DNA from: Octopus sinensis
Lineage: Eukaryota
DNA: 64,000 nucleotides
Direction of reading: 5' to 3'
Assembly: GCF_006345805.1 (NCBI RefSeq)
Contig: NC_042998.1
Location: forward strand, 33,604,001-33,668,000
The notes below the pieces were generated by a model. That model had not been told where the DNA came from. It worked only from the letters and a program-made list of their open reading frames with translations, and searched no databases. The translations under genes and the position numbers were made by a program. Below are positions 1-11,073 of the stretch, in pieces (positions within the stretch are counted from its first letter, which is position 1; every line of letters starts with the position of its first letter).

Positions 1-5
1 CCCTC

Positions 6-47
<42 letters not shown>

Positions 48-49
48 GT

Positions 50-80
<31 letters not shown>

Positions 81-82
<2 letters not shown>

Positions 83-384
83 GCGCAATGGCCCAGTGGT
101 AAGGGCAGCGGACTCGCGGTTGTAGGATCACGGTTTCGATTCCCAGAACGGGCGTTGTGAGTGTTTATGGAGCGAAAACACCTAAAAGCTCCACGAGGCT
201 CCGGCAGGGGGTGGTGGCGATCCCTGCTGTACTCTTTCGCCACACCTTTCTCTCACTCTTACTTCTGTTGTCCTGCTCGCTTAGCCAGTGGGGTGGCGTC
301 ATCTGAAGGCTAAACAATGCGAAGCGCATTGTGACCAGCGATGTGTAGCAACATCTGATAGCCTGGTCGGTCACGGTGATCACG

Positions 385-389
<5 letters not shown>
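81..389 (+). mobile_element. tRNA-headed SINE (head A) with alternative tail T2, ending in (TA)n
   Basis: Head AGGCGCAATGGCCCAGTGG...GGTTTCGATTCCC has A/B-box-like motifs and matches the heads at 10114-10497, 50476, 51270 and 58705. After ~270 it switches to a different tail (…TGTGACCAGCGATGTGTAGCAACATCTG…GATCACGGTGATA) that recurs inverted at 3239-3355. Confidence 0.85.
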
Positions 390-428
<39 letters not shown>

Positions 429-431
429 AAA

Positions 432-730
432 CTAGCAGTATCGCCCGGCGTTGCTCGGGTTTGTAAGGGAAATAACTATATAAGCATTTTTAAAGAGTTA
501 CTTCCCTTATATAATAGCGAAAAATGCATTAAAATGGGAAAAAAATTATGGTAATTTTTTTTTTTTTATCGTAGACTCATCGTAGACGCGCGCTAATACC
601 CAGAAGGGCTCGATATGAATCACGACTATAAGATACCCGGTTTTGGTTAAACTGCACCGCAAAATGTGGGAGTAGTTAGGAATCTAAATCGTAGGAGACA
701 GACACACAACTTGACTTTTATATATAAAGA
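432..730 (-). mobile_element. Non-autonomous Helitron
   Basis: On the minus strand it starts TC after a host A (731), ends CTAG before a host T (431), and has a GC-rich subterminal hairpin (CCCGAGCAACGCCGGG) just inside the 3' end. The same termini occur at 25771-26149 and 54319-54693. Confidence 0.8.
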
Positions 731-890
731 TTATAACTTGGGGTATCTACGAGATACCGCCATGCTGGAAATAGCAGTCATAATCTCACTCTAAAAAACC
801 ACATTAATTGTTCATATAGTATTTTTTAGAGTCAGATTATGGCTACTATTTTCAGCATGGCGGTATCTCGTAGATACCCTAAGTTATAAT
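730..890. repeat. Palindromic MITE-like element (~68-bp arms, ~23-bp spacer)
   Basis: 730-798 is the reverse complement of 822-890 with about 4 mismatches (ATTATAACTTGGGGTATCTACGAGATACCGCCATGCTG…). Confidence 0.8.
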
Positions 891-1010
891 TTTAAATAAT
901 TATTACCTTTGAAAGTTGTTATTTCCATGCTGGCCACTTGATTAGATCGTTATTTAATTTAAATTAACCATCTCATCCTTATTTACATCTTATTCTTTTT
1001 TATATAAAGA

Positions 1011-1033
1011 TTATATATATATATATATAATAT

Positions 1034-1071
<38 letters not shown>

Positions 1072-1139
1072 TATATATATTATATATATATATATATACG
1101 TATATATGTATATATATATATATATATATAGATGTATAC

Positions 1140-1174
<35 letters not shown>

Positions 1175-1244
1175 TATTATATATATTATATATATATATA
1201 TATATATAATATATATATATATGTATATATATATATATGTATAT

Positions 1245-1332
<88 letters not shown>
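1011..1332. repeat. Long imperfect (TA)n microsatellite, representative of many such tracts
   Basis: Directly visible. It produces the spurious IYIYIY ORFs in the track. Confidence 0.95.
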
Positions 1333-1335
<3 letters not shown>

Positions 1336-1720
1336 CGCAGGAGTGGCTGTGTGGTAAGTAGCTTGCTAACCAACCACATGGTTTCCGGTTCAGTCTCACT
1401 GCGTGGCATCTTGGGCAAGTGTCTTCTGCTATAGCCCCGGGCCGACCAATGCCTTTTGGGTGGATTTGGTAGACGGAAACTGAAAGAAGCCTGTCGTATG
1501 TATGTATATGTGTGTGTGTGTGTGTCTGTGTTTGTCTCCCCAATATCGCTTGACAACCGATGCTGGTGTGTTTACGTCCCCGTCACTTAGCGGTTCGGCA
1601 AAAGAGACCGATATAATAAGTACTGGGCTTACAATGAATAAGTCCCGGGGTCGATTTGCTCGACTAAAGGCGGTGCTCCAGCATGGCCGCAGTCAAATGA
1701 CTGAAACAAGTAAAAGAGTA
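1333..1720 (+). mobile_element. tRNA-headed SINE (type C) with CORE-like segment and internal microsatellite
   Basis: AGGCGCAGGAGTGGCTGTGTGGTAAG head, TTGGGCAAGTGTCTT segment, internal (TA/TG)n, and tail ending ATGACTGAAACAAGTAAAAGAG. Many other copies are in the window. Confidence 0.85.
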
Positions 1721-1972
1721 TATATATATATATATATATAATTTACCATTTGCCTGTTTCACACATTAGACTGCGGCCATACTGGAACACCACCATAAGG
1801 AATTTTTAGTTGAATAATTCGACCCCAGTACTTACACTTTTTAAGCCTGTTACTTATTCTATCGGTCATTTTTTTGCTGAACCGCTAAGTTACGGGCATA
1901 TAAGCTTACCGACACCGATTGGTGAGCGATTGGGAGTGAGGCAAGCGCAGACACACACACAGATATATATAT

Positions 1973-2051
<79 letters not shown>

Positions 2052-2347
2052 AATATATATACGACGGACTTCTTTCAGTTTCCTTTTACCAAATCCTCTG
2101 GTAAGGCTTTGCTCGGCAGTGGGATTGAACCCAGAATCATGTTGTTGGGACGCAAACTTCTTACCATACAGCTACGCCTAATGCTTATTGGACACAGGAA
2201 CAACTGAATATAAATGTCTCTTCGTTGCTGTTGGTAATGTAGCGAGACAAGAAATCGAACTCAGAGTAATATTGGTTTTTAACGTTTGAGGTGCTGCTGG
2301 GTAGAGTTGGTTTGCAAATATATAAAAGAAAAGAATCCCTTTCATTT

Positions 2348-2552
2348 CTCTTTTACTCTTTTACTTGTTTCAGTCATTTGACTGCGGCCATGCTGGAGCA
2401 CCGCCTTTAATCGAGCAACTCGATCCCGGGACTTATTCTATCGGTCTCTTTTGCCGAACCGCTAAGTGACGGGGACGTAAACACACCAGCATTGGTTGTC
2501 AAGCAATGCTAGGGGGACAAACACAGACACACAAACACATACACACACATAC

Positions 2553-2587
<35 letters not shown>

Positions 2588-2725
2588 ATCGACAGGCTTC
2601 TTTCAGTTTCCGTCTACCAAATCCACTCACAAGGCATTGGTCGGCCCGGGGCTATAGCAGAAGACACTTGCCCAAGATGCCACGCATGTGGCTGGTTAAC
2701 AAGCTACTTACCACACTGCCACTCC
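2348..2725 (-). mobile_element. Type C SINE with a small internal deletion
   Basis: Reverse complement of the 1333-1720 family from tail to head. Confidence 0.85.
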
Positions 2726-3238
2726 ATTTCTGGCTGGATTCAGTAAAGGAAAACTTGGTGTTGCTGGGCGAGAGGTGAGACATGTGCTCTCTGGTGGCTC
2801 TCAAACCTTTGGGATTGCTCTGGCTTGCTACGCAGAAGGTGAGGCGTGTGTTTCCCGTAGCTCTCTCAAATCTCTGTAGTTTGTTCTTGGAGCAGAAATG
2901 CGAACTTCAATGACGTCTCATGAGAAAGCATGATATCTCTTCAAGCTGACCAGTTATCACTTAAGACACATCGCACGTTCACAACGTGGTTAATGTGTGT
3001 TTCAAGCTGGCAACTGAAATATCTTTAGGTCTGATTCCTGATCCCTATACAATTCTATAATATTTTTTCCCTCATTAAGCATAACCTCCCTATCGTTTCA
3101 GTTAATTATATCTAGCCCACTGATTCATTGTTGATCTCTTTTATTGCCTACCAAATTCCACTATCGACCCAATCGTATATAGTCGAAGACACACTTGCCC
3201 CACTGGCTGTCTATTGGGAATGTGTGTGTGTGTGTATA

Positions 3239-3355
3239 TATCACGTGATCACGTTATCGACCAGACCATCAGATGTTGCTACACATCGCTGGTCACAATG
3301 CGTTCGCATTGTTTTAGCCTTCGAACGACGCCACCCCGCTGGCTAAGCGAGCAGG
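3239..3355 (-). mobile_element. Isolated T2 tail (5'-truncated SINE or partner-LINE 3' end)
   Basis: Reverse complement of 272-389, with no head attached. Confidence 0.75.
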
Positions 3356-3358
3356 CCA

Positions 3359-3407
<49 letters not shown>

Positions 3408-3559
3408 AATATGAGAGAGAATCCACTATGTGGACGCTCTTACGCTAGATATAGATCCGCAAAGGGACTGAACCACTAAGAATTGTTCTCGAGAAAAATG
3501 TAGCACACTAAGAACGTAAGCGAGCAGGACAAATGAAAAATAACAAAAATATAGATTAA

Positions 3560-3633
3560 CCCCATACAATTGTTTCACTGTTAATAAATTATGCAATTTT
3601 ACTTACATAATTATCCTCAGATCATCGGCGGAG
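3560..3633 (-). ncRNA. Minimal type I hammerhead-like motif, CCGAUGA core variant
   Basis: Minus strand: ctccg-CCGATGA-tctg…(aattatg/cataatt)…cagt-GAAA-caattg-TA-tgggg. Palindromic stem III; stem I has G:U pairs. Confidence 0.6.
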
Positions 3634-3973
3634 TACGTCATAAAATATAATTTGTCGAACTGCACGCTATATATTAACACGAGTTCAAAGACACGACACT
3701 TATATTTACATATATATATATATGCATATAGTTAAAAAAAAATTATAAGTTAGAGGTTATGCAACCGTCTAAGGGATAAATGTATCCGTAGGTACTGCTG
3801 GTGTATTACCTCCCTATGTATAGGCCTTGGTATGAGGTTAACAGTAGTTGGTAATTTAAATGGTAAAACCATGGTTTAATATATTCAGATAAGAGAAGAA
3901 ATGGAGCAACAATTAACAATCAGAAGTTGATCATTGGTATTAAATGGTTATAGTTTAATTGTTGTTGAAATAA

Positions 3974-4053
3974 CATTTACAGCTGTTTCGGTTTGTTATT
4001 TTTAAGGTAAATTTGCATTTATCTCGTCCCATGTAACAAACCTCGTCAGAATG
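3974..4053 (-). ncRNA. Minimal type I hammerhead ribozyme motif with canonical core
   Basis: Minus strand: catt-CTGACGA-ggtttgtta…taacaaacc-GAAA-cagctg-TA-aatg. Perfect 9-bp stem II, palindromic stem III, 4-bp stem I. Confidence 0.8.
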
Positions 4054-4573
4054 ATTTAGAGTTTATCGGAGGAATATAGAGAGGAGGAAAAGGAAAAAGG
4101 AAAAGAAAAAGGGCAAAAAGAAAAAAGTTCGCTAAGTCTTTAGGCTTACATTTTTGCGCCCTTTGTAGGTTGCACATGTGTGTACATTTATTCAATTAGA
4201 TGGAGTGGGGTTCAATTAGGGGAGTGATGTTCCATGACAATGGAGATAGATAGTAATATAGATAGGCAGACAGGCGGATAGATAAATAGATACGTATTCT
4301 ATCTATCACTATTGTCATGGAACCTCACCCCCCCAAAAAAAAAAAACAATGTTCTCTTCTTCTAAACAAAACCCCAAAGAAACATCTGTTTTACATAAAT
4401 GAACAAGCAGTTTGGAAAGTCAAAAAATTTTATTTCACAGTTTCGAAAAACGAACGAAAGCGCTAATAATAATAATGAAATAAACAGATTTCTTTTCCAA
4501 AATTCTGACGACTTTTTCTCATATTCAATATTTGTACACCACACCTAACACTCTATACGTACATATATATATA

Positions 4574-4637
<64 letters not shown>

Positions 4638-4644
4638 TGTGTGT

Positions 4645-4972
4645 AAAAAGGAAATGAAAAAATGCTGACAAAATAATTTAAGTAAGGGAGAGTGTATTTA
4701 ATTAGGTGAAAGTTCTTTACCGGTTGCGCATTTGTTATGCTTATCAGAAGATATTTTTAAAGAGAGATAGAGTTCCTTTCTGATAGATTTTTTTCTCTTA
4801 TCTTTTTTTTTTATTACAGATAAGAGAAAAAATCTATCAGAAAGGAACTCTATCTCTCTTAAAAAATATCTTTTGATAAGTATAACAATGCGCAACCGGT
4901 AAAGAACTTTCACCTAATTAAATACACTCTCCCTTACTTAAATTATTGTCAGCATTTCTTTATTTCCTTTTT
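4645..4972. repeat. Long inverted repeat (~158-bp arms, ~14-nt loop) between (TA)n tracts
   Basis: 4645-4803 is the reverse complement of 4818-4972 with fewer than 10 differences. Confidence 0.9.
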
Positions 4973-5008
4973 TTATATATCACAACTCGTGTTCCACATC
5001 TCCTTTTT

Positions 5009-5052
<44 letters not shown>

Positions 5053-5228
5053 GACGGGCTTCTTTCAGTTTCCGTCAACCAAATCCATTGACAAGACTAT
5101 GGTCGGCCCGATTTTACAGCAGAAGATACTTGCCCAAGGTGCCATGCAGTATAACTGAACCCGGAACCATAAGGCTGGGAAGCAAGCTTGTTAACACTCA
5201 CCCACTCCTACTACGCCTATGTGTGTAT

Positions 5229-5308
<80 letters not shown>

Positions 5309-5725
5309 CATTGTACACCACACGCGCACACATATGTATATGTATTTATTTATAAATATATTGTGGGAATTACGATAAACATTAATATAAATATTTAGTA
5401 GGAACTAAATATTTATACTCGTCTTTATCTTAATTTGTACAACATATGCTCGGTATATTATAACTAGTAACACTGCTAAGAACAGTGGTACACTAACCAC
5501 TTTAGTCGTAGCAGACGGGATGATAATAATCTACGTGGAACTCTATATCAAACAGTGGTAGTCGTACATCTAACAGTACAAACCAGATACACACACACGC
5601 ATACACGCATACACATACATGCGCACACACACACATATATATATGTGTGTGTGTGTGTGTGTGCATAAATTTCGAACGATGAAAAGGACTGCTCAACACC
5701 GCATTACTGGATATATATATATATT

Positions 5726-5795
<70 letters not shown>

Positions 5796-5944
5796 ATATA
5801 TATATATATATACATATAATATACATGTATATATATATATACATTTATATACATATATACATATATATGTATATAAATTCGGGGTGAGTACTTGATAATT
5901 ATAAGCACCTGTGTATATACCGTTTGGTGGTGTAGGTGGTGGAG

Positions 5945-6163
5945 TAAATTGATCAAAATAAAAACATGATGCGAAGGATTCAGCGGTACATATGTTTCGG
6001 GCCTTTATTAGACAGATTTATAACAATGCATATGTATGTCTGTGGCCTTCTTCAGCCGCGCACAACAGCTTCCATTATGCATTGTTTATAATCTGTCTAA
6101 TAAAGGCCCGAAACATATGTACCGCTGAATCCTTCGCATCATGTTTTTATTTTGATCAATTTA
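5945..6163. repeat. Inverted duplication (~88-bp arms) of a hammerhead-bearing segment
   Basis: 5945-6032 is the near-perfect reverse complement of 6076-6163. Confidence 0.9.
5983..6059 (-). ncRNA. Minimal type I hammerhead ribozyme motif
   Basis: Minus strand: gcgg-CTGAAGA-aggcc…ggccc-GAAA-catatg-TA-ccgc. Palindromic stem III, GC-rich stem I, A:C mismatch at the base of stem II. Confidence 0.75.
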
Positions 6164-6347
6164 TATATGTATATATATATTATATATATTTATATACATA
6201 TATTATATATATATATATTATTACATATATACATATTACATATATATATATATATTATATATATATATATATATTATATATATCATATTATATATATATA
6301 TATATATATAATATATATATATGGTAAAACCATGGTTTATATATAAT

Positions 6348-6573
6348 ACTCTCTTTTACTCTTTTACTTGTTTCAGACCATTGACTGTGGCCATACAGGA
6401 GCACACCCTTTAGTCGAGGAAATCGACCCCAGGACGTATTCTTTGTAAGCCTAGTACTTATTCTATCGGTCTCTTTTGCCGAACCGCAAAGTTACGGGGA
6501 CGTAAACACACCAGCGTCGGTTGTCAAACGATATTGAGGGGACAAACACAGACACACAAATATATACATACAC

Positions 6574-6643
<70 letters not shown>

Positions 6644-6811
6644 ACATATATACGACGGGCTTCTTTCAGTTTCCGTCTACCGAATCTACTCACAAGGCTT
6701 TGGTCGGCCCGAGGCTATAGTAGAAGACACTTGCCCAAGGTGCCACGCAGTGGGACTGAACCCGGAACCATGTGGTTGGTAAGAAGCTACTTAACATACA
6801 GCCGCTCCTGC
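6348..6811 (-). mobile_element. Full-length type C SINE with expanded internal (TA)n
   Basis: Reverse complement of the 1333-1720 family along its full length. Confidence 0.85.
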
Positions 6812-7411
6812 TCGTTTGTATGTATGTATGTATGTATGTATGTATGTATGTATGTATCGCCGGCAATTTCAGATGGCTCCAGTCGGTTGCAGTAATTACC
6901 CATCTTAATTCGTTTGTAACAACATAAAAGCTCTCAGTGTTGAAATTTATTCTTGCAAGACAGCTTAATTCGTGTGAAATTGTGATCGGATTTCTTCCTC
7001 TATACATTATAACACATAAGGAGTATATTGAGGCGTGGTTATGTAGTTCAACCATAGCTCCATCAAGCAAAATTTTTACGTATTATTTAATTGATATATT
7101 TATTCTATTTTATTTCTTTTTATCATCTGTACTTGCTGACACTAAATCATACTTTTATTACTGCTCGTCGGTGTTTTCTATAGTTTTATAGATTTGTTTT
7201 GTTTAACTTTCATTTAGCCCCGAGTAGGCAGACCTATGTTTTAAGGGGTTTCGGTAGCGACCAGCAGTTTTCTTTAAAGACTATAGAGAGCGATCTGTTG
7301 GAGATTTGGTTATCATTTCAAACTGGACAAATGACTGACTCCGACCGCATCTTATACACTTAAAGATGCCGGGAATCTGGATTGTGTTTCCTTTTGCCTG
7401 TTTCAAAAATA

Positions 7412-7912
7412 TGTGGTCTGATCAATAAGTATCCGGACTGTTGTTATAGTAACGAAGCTAAAGCATGCAGAGTAAAGCCGCTTGGCACAGATTGACTTTG
7501 AACTCTGCTGTGCATGTGCACTTAAATTTTAATGTTCTAGCTTACTTCCACTGTTCACAGCAGTGCTTGGAAGAATAGTGTGTAGCGTGTGATCATTGCA
7601 ATGACAACAACAGAGAAAGTTGAACGGAGAATCTGCAATAAATTTTGCCAAAAGCTTGGCGATACCTCCTCAGAAGCCAATGCAAAATTTTCAAAAAGTT
7701 TTCATCATTCTCGACACAATCAAGGAGATCTTGTCAAACTGAAACGCGAGTGTCTCTTTGGTCAGCTGAAAGTAGTTTTTCACAAATTTGGCAGACACGC
7801 GTCTCATACCCAAATCTTCAGTGATAATGGACTGAACTGAACCGTAACTAATCTGCACATCCTCTGATAACTCACAGATGGTGATTTGATGATGTCTCCT
7901 CACAGCTGCACA
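7412..7912. mobile_element. Rearranged mariner transposon fossil (5' TIR and N-terminus on +, downstream coding segment inverted)
   Basis: TA followed by TGTGGTCTGATCAATAAGTATCCGGACT (mariner-type TIR). The + strand reads MTTTEKVERRICNKFCQKLGDT from 7601. The - strand 7690-7912 reads ITICELSEDVQISYGSVQSIITEDLGMRRVSAKFV…ENDENFLK, the mariner HTH/linker region. Confidence 0.8.
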
Positions 7913-8788
7913 TGGTCGCAATCTCGATGACTGAAACAAGTAAAAGAAAAACGATAAAAGATATTTATTCACAGAAGAATGTTCCTTTACCTTAGTTTGC
8001 AACATGGAATATGTCTAAAGCTTCGGCTCCCAGCGTACTTTTTATGCCTGTCGTTAACTGGATACCAACCATAATATATGTTAATATATTAACTTATATT
8101 GGTTTCGTCTTAGACATTTTACTTAGTCGCCGATTGAGAATATATATTTTTTCTTTTTTAGTAATTGGTATATCAATGGAGCGGTTTGTAGTCGAACTCG
8201 TGATCGACTCCGTGTCCGAATACAGGAATAATTCTTGCATTTTGTTCGCATTACATTTTGTTCATATAGACGGGGAAGTGTTCGACAACATTCAATCAAA
8301 CAGTGTACAAGTCATTGGCTTCAACTAGAAATAGTAACCTGAAAAAACATTCGCCCCAATTGACACTACGAGGAAATTAATTGTATAATTCTCTTAAAGG
8401 CATTGATTAAAATACTTAGGTTCTGAGACAGTTTCATTAACATTTTGCCGCGTAATTGCAAAGGAAGTTTTGAACTACAGGAATTGAATTACAAGGCTAC
8501 ATTCGTTGCACATGACTACTTCTTATCATATTTTAGGAAAGAGCCAGAAAGAACTTTATGGATCTTTGTTCTTACAGTTTGGCACATTTCTTCTATATTA
8601 CATTGATATAGACGCAGGCGTAGCTGCGTGGTAAAAGGTTTGCTTCCCAACTACGTTGCTCCGGGTTCAGTTTCACTGTATGGTACCTCGGACAGTGCCT
8701 TCTCCTGTAGCCTTGGCTGACCAAAGCTTTGTCAGTGGGATCTGACAGACGGAAACTGAAAGAAGCCCGTCGTAATATATATATATAT

Positions 8789-8848
<60 letters not shown>

Positions 8849-8876
8849 ATTGATATATATATATACATACATATAT

Positions 8877-8932
<56 letters not shown>

Positions 8933-8945
8933 GATATACATGCGT

Positions 8946-9315
8946 AGGTGCAGGAGTGGCTGTGTGGTAAGTAGCTTGCTTACCAACCACATGGTCCCGG
9001 GTCCAGTCCCACTGAGTGATATCTTGGCCAAGTGTCTTCTACTATAGCCTCGGGCCGACCAAAGCCTTGTGAGTGGATTTTGTAGACGGAAACTGAAAGA
9101 AGCCTGTCGTGTGTGTGTGTGTCCACCCCCGCTGCTTGACAACCGGTGTTCGTATGGTTTCGCCCCCGTAACTTAGCGGTTCAGCAAAAGTACCCGATAA
9201 AATAATATCAGGCTAAACAAAAAATAAGTACTTAGGTCGATCCATTCAACTTGAAATTCTTCAAGGCTGTACTCCAGCATGGCCGCAGTCTAATCACTGA
9301 AACAACTAAAGGATA
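8946..9315 (+). mobile_element. Type C SINE
   Basis: Head, CORE-like segment and tail match 1333-1720. A second, 5'-part-only copy lies at ~8612-8775. Confidence 0.85.
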
Positions 9316-10113
9316 AGCGAAATCCATTTTGTTTCTGACTTCAATGTTATTGTTTGTTTATTTTAGTTTAAATATTAAAGTATCGTTTAACATTTTAATG
9401 ACAGTTGATGTCCCTAACTCTCTCATCTTAAAGGCTTCAGGTATATCTTAGAGGCGATATAACCAGCGCTTGTGTCATCATAGTTGTTAAATGTGGTATT
9501 TTGAGCGACATTATATTTCGTTTTTCGGTGACGCTGCCTTAGTGACAAATATGTCGATGTCTTTACAATGTGCTTTGTCTGTGTCACGTTTACACTAGAT
9601 TTACAATAAGTTCTGTTTGTTTTTTTTTGGGGGGGGGGTTGCTGCCTGGATGTCAAAATGATTTGAGATTTATGTTGACGTTTAAGGTAATTTGATAGAA
9701 TGGAGTCTAGAATAGAAACACGAAAATGAGAAGTTTTCAATTTTATGGTTTGTTTTAGTTTTCACACTCAAGCTCAGAAGATGAACAAAAGAGAAATGAA
9801 AATATAAGCAATGGCGAAAATATGAAACATTGGTCTGGTTGCGATGATCTGGATTGGCAGAAAAAAGCGTTATTTCATTTATTTTCTTTATTTAGCAATG
9901 ATCAAGTCGATACATATTCAAAATCATTCTACCTCAATATTCTGTTTCATTTTACACGTCCCATCATATTTTCAGACATGAGGCCACATTATGCAATGTG
10001 TCCTTTTGTTAGGGCGACAGAATGTAATTTGAAATGACAAAAAGACAAGGCATTGCCGCCTTAATGTAGAAATGAACCATAGATTTCCGAAATAACGAGA
10101 TCCAAAATACGGA

Positions 10114-10497
10114 TGGATGCACTCCGTCGGTTACGACGACGAGGGTTCCGGTTGATCCGAATCAACGGAACAGCCTGCTCGTGAAATTAACGCGTAAGTG
10201 GCTGAGCACTCCACAGACACGTGTACCCTTAACGTAGTTCTCGGGGATATTCAGCGTGACACAGAGAGTGACAAGGCCGGCCCTTTGAAATACAGGTACA
10301 ACAGAAACAGGAAGTAAGAGTGAAAGAAAGTTATGGTGAAAGAGTACATCAGGGATCACCACTATCCCCTGCCGGAGCCTCGTGGTGCTTTAGGTGTTTT
10401 CGCTCAATAAACACTCACAACGCCCGGTCTTGGAATCGAAACCGCGATCCTATGACCGCGAGTTCGCTGCCCTAACCACTGGGCCATTGCGCCTCCA
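10114..10497 (-). mobile_element. tRNA-headed SINE, head A plus tail T1, with TSD
   Basis: Reverse complement of the 58705-59085 family. TSD GATCCAAAATA at 10099-10109 and 10499-10509. Confidence 0.9.
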
Positions 10498-11041
10498 CGA
10501 TCCAAAATAACGGTACTTTTCAACATTGTTGTACAGGTACGACAGTTGTTTTGTCGTACGGAAACGAAATTGATCGATAACGTGAATTACTTGGTTTCCA
10601 CCCGATTCCGCCACTGTTAAAATGCTCTCTGTTTTGTTTTGTTTTTTTTTAATTTAATTTTCTTCCTTTTTGTGTGTTTGCTTTTTGTTTGTAGGGTGGG
10701 GAGGCAGATCGGCAGGGTGTCGGAAAAATTTTTTGCTGTATCTCTGCGAGTCCTTTATGTTCTGAGCGCAAATACCGCAGAGATCAAATTTACTTTTCAT
10801 CCTTCCGGGGTCGATGAAATAAAGTTCCAGTCGACTACCGAAGTCGATAGCATCGACAATTCTCCTCACATCAAAATTTCTGATCTTTTGTGCCTAAATT
10901 AAAAACAATCGTACTTTATCGCGAATTCGTACTTATTACACTTCTTATATTTGCATTTGTTTTGGCGAGAGTCACGACACCCCCTGCAGGAATAGACTTG
11001 ACCGAACGAACGACTATAAATAGTAGCGGTCTGAATGAGCG

Positions 11042-11073
<32 letters not shown>

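Noticed and set aside
983-1556. Many 60-190 aa ORFs rich in IY, CV, LS, TH or N/I runs throughout the ORF track
   Set aside because: They are translations of (TA)n, (TG)n, (CTAT)n, (CA)n and (AAT)n microsatellites or of SINE bodies, not genes.
6972-6991. lac-operator/M13-like string GTGTGAAATTGTGATCGGAT
   Set aside because: Only a 12-nt exact match, with no other vector sequence nearby; chance similarity, not contamination.
8011-8328. 105-aa hydrophobic ORF in non-repeat sequence
   Set aside because: No recognisable motif or splice context; the composition is what AT-rich DNA gives by chance.
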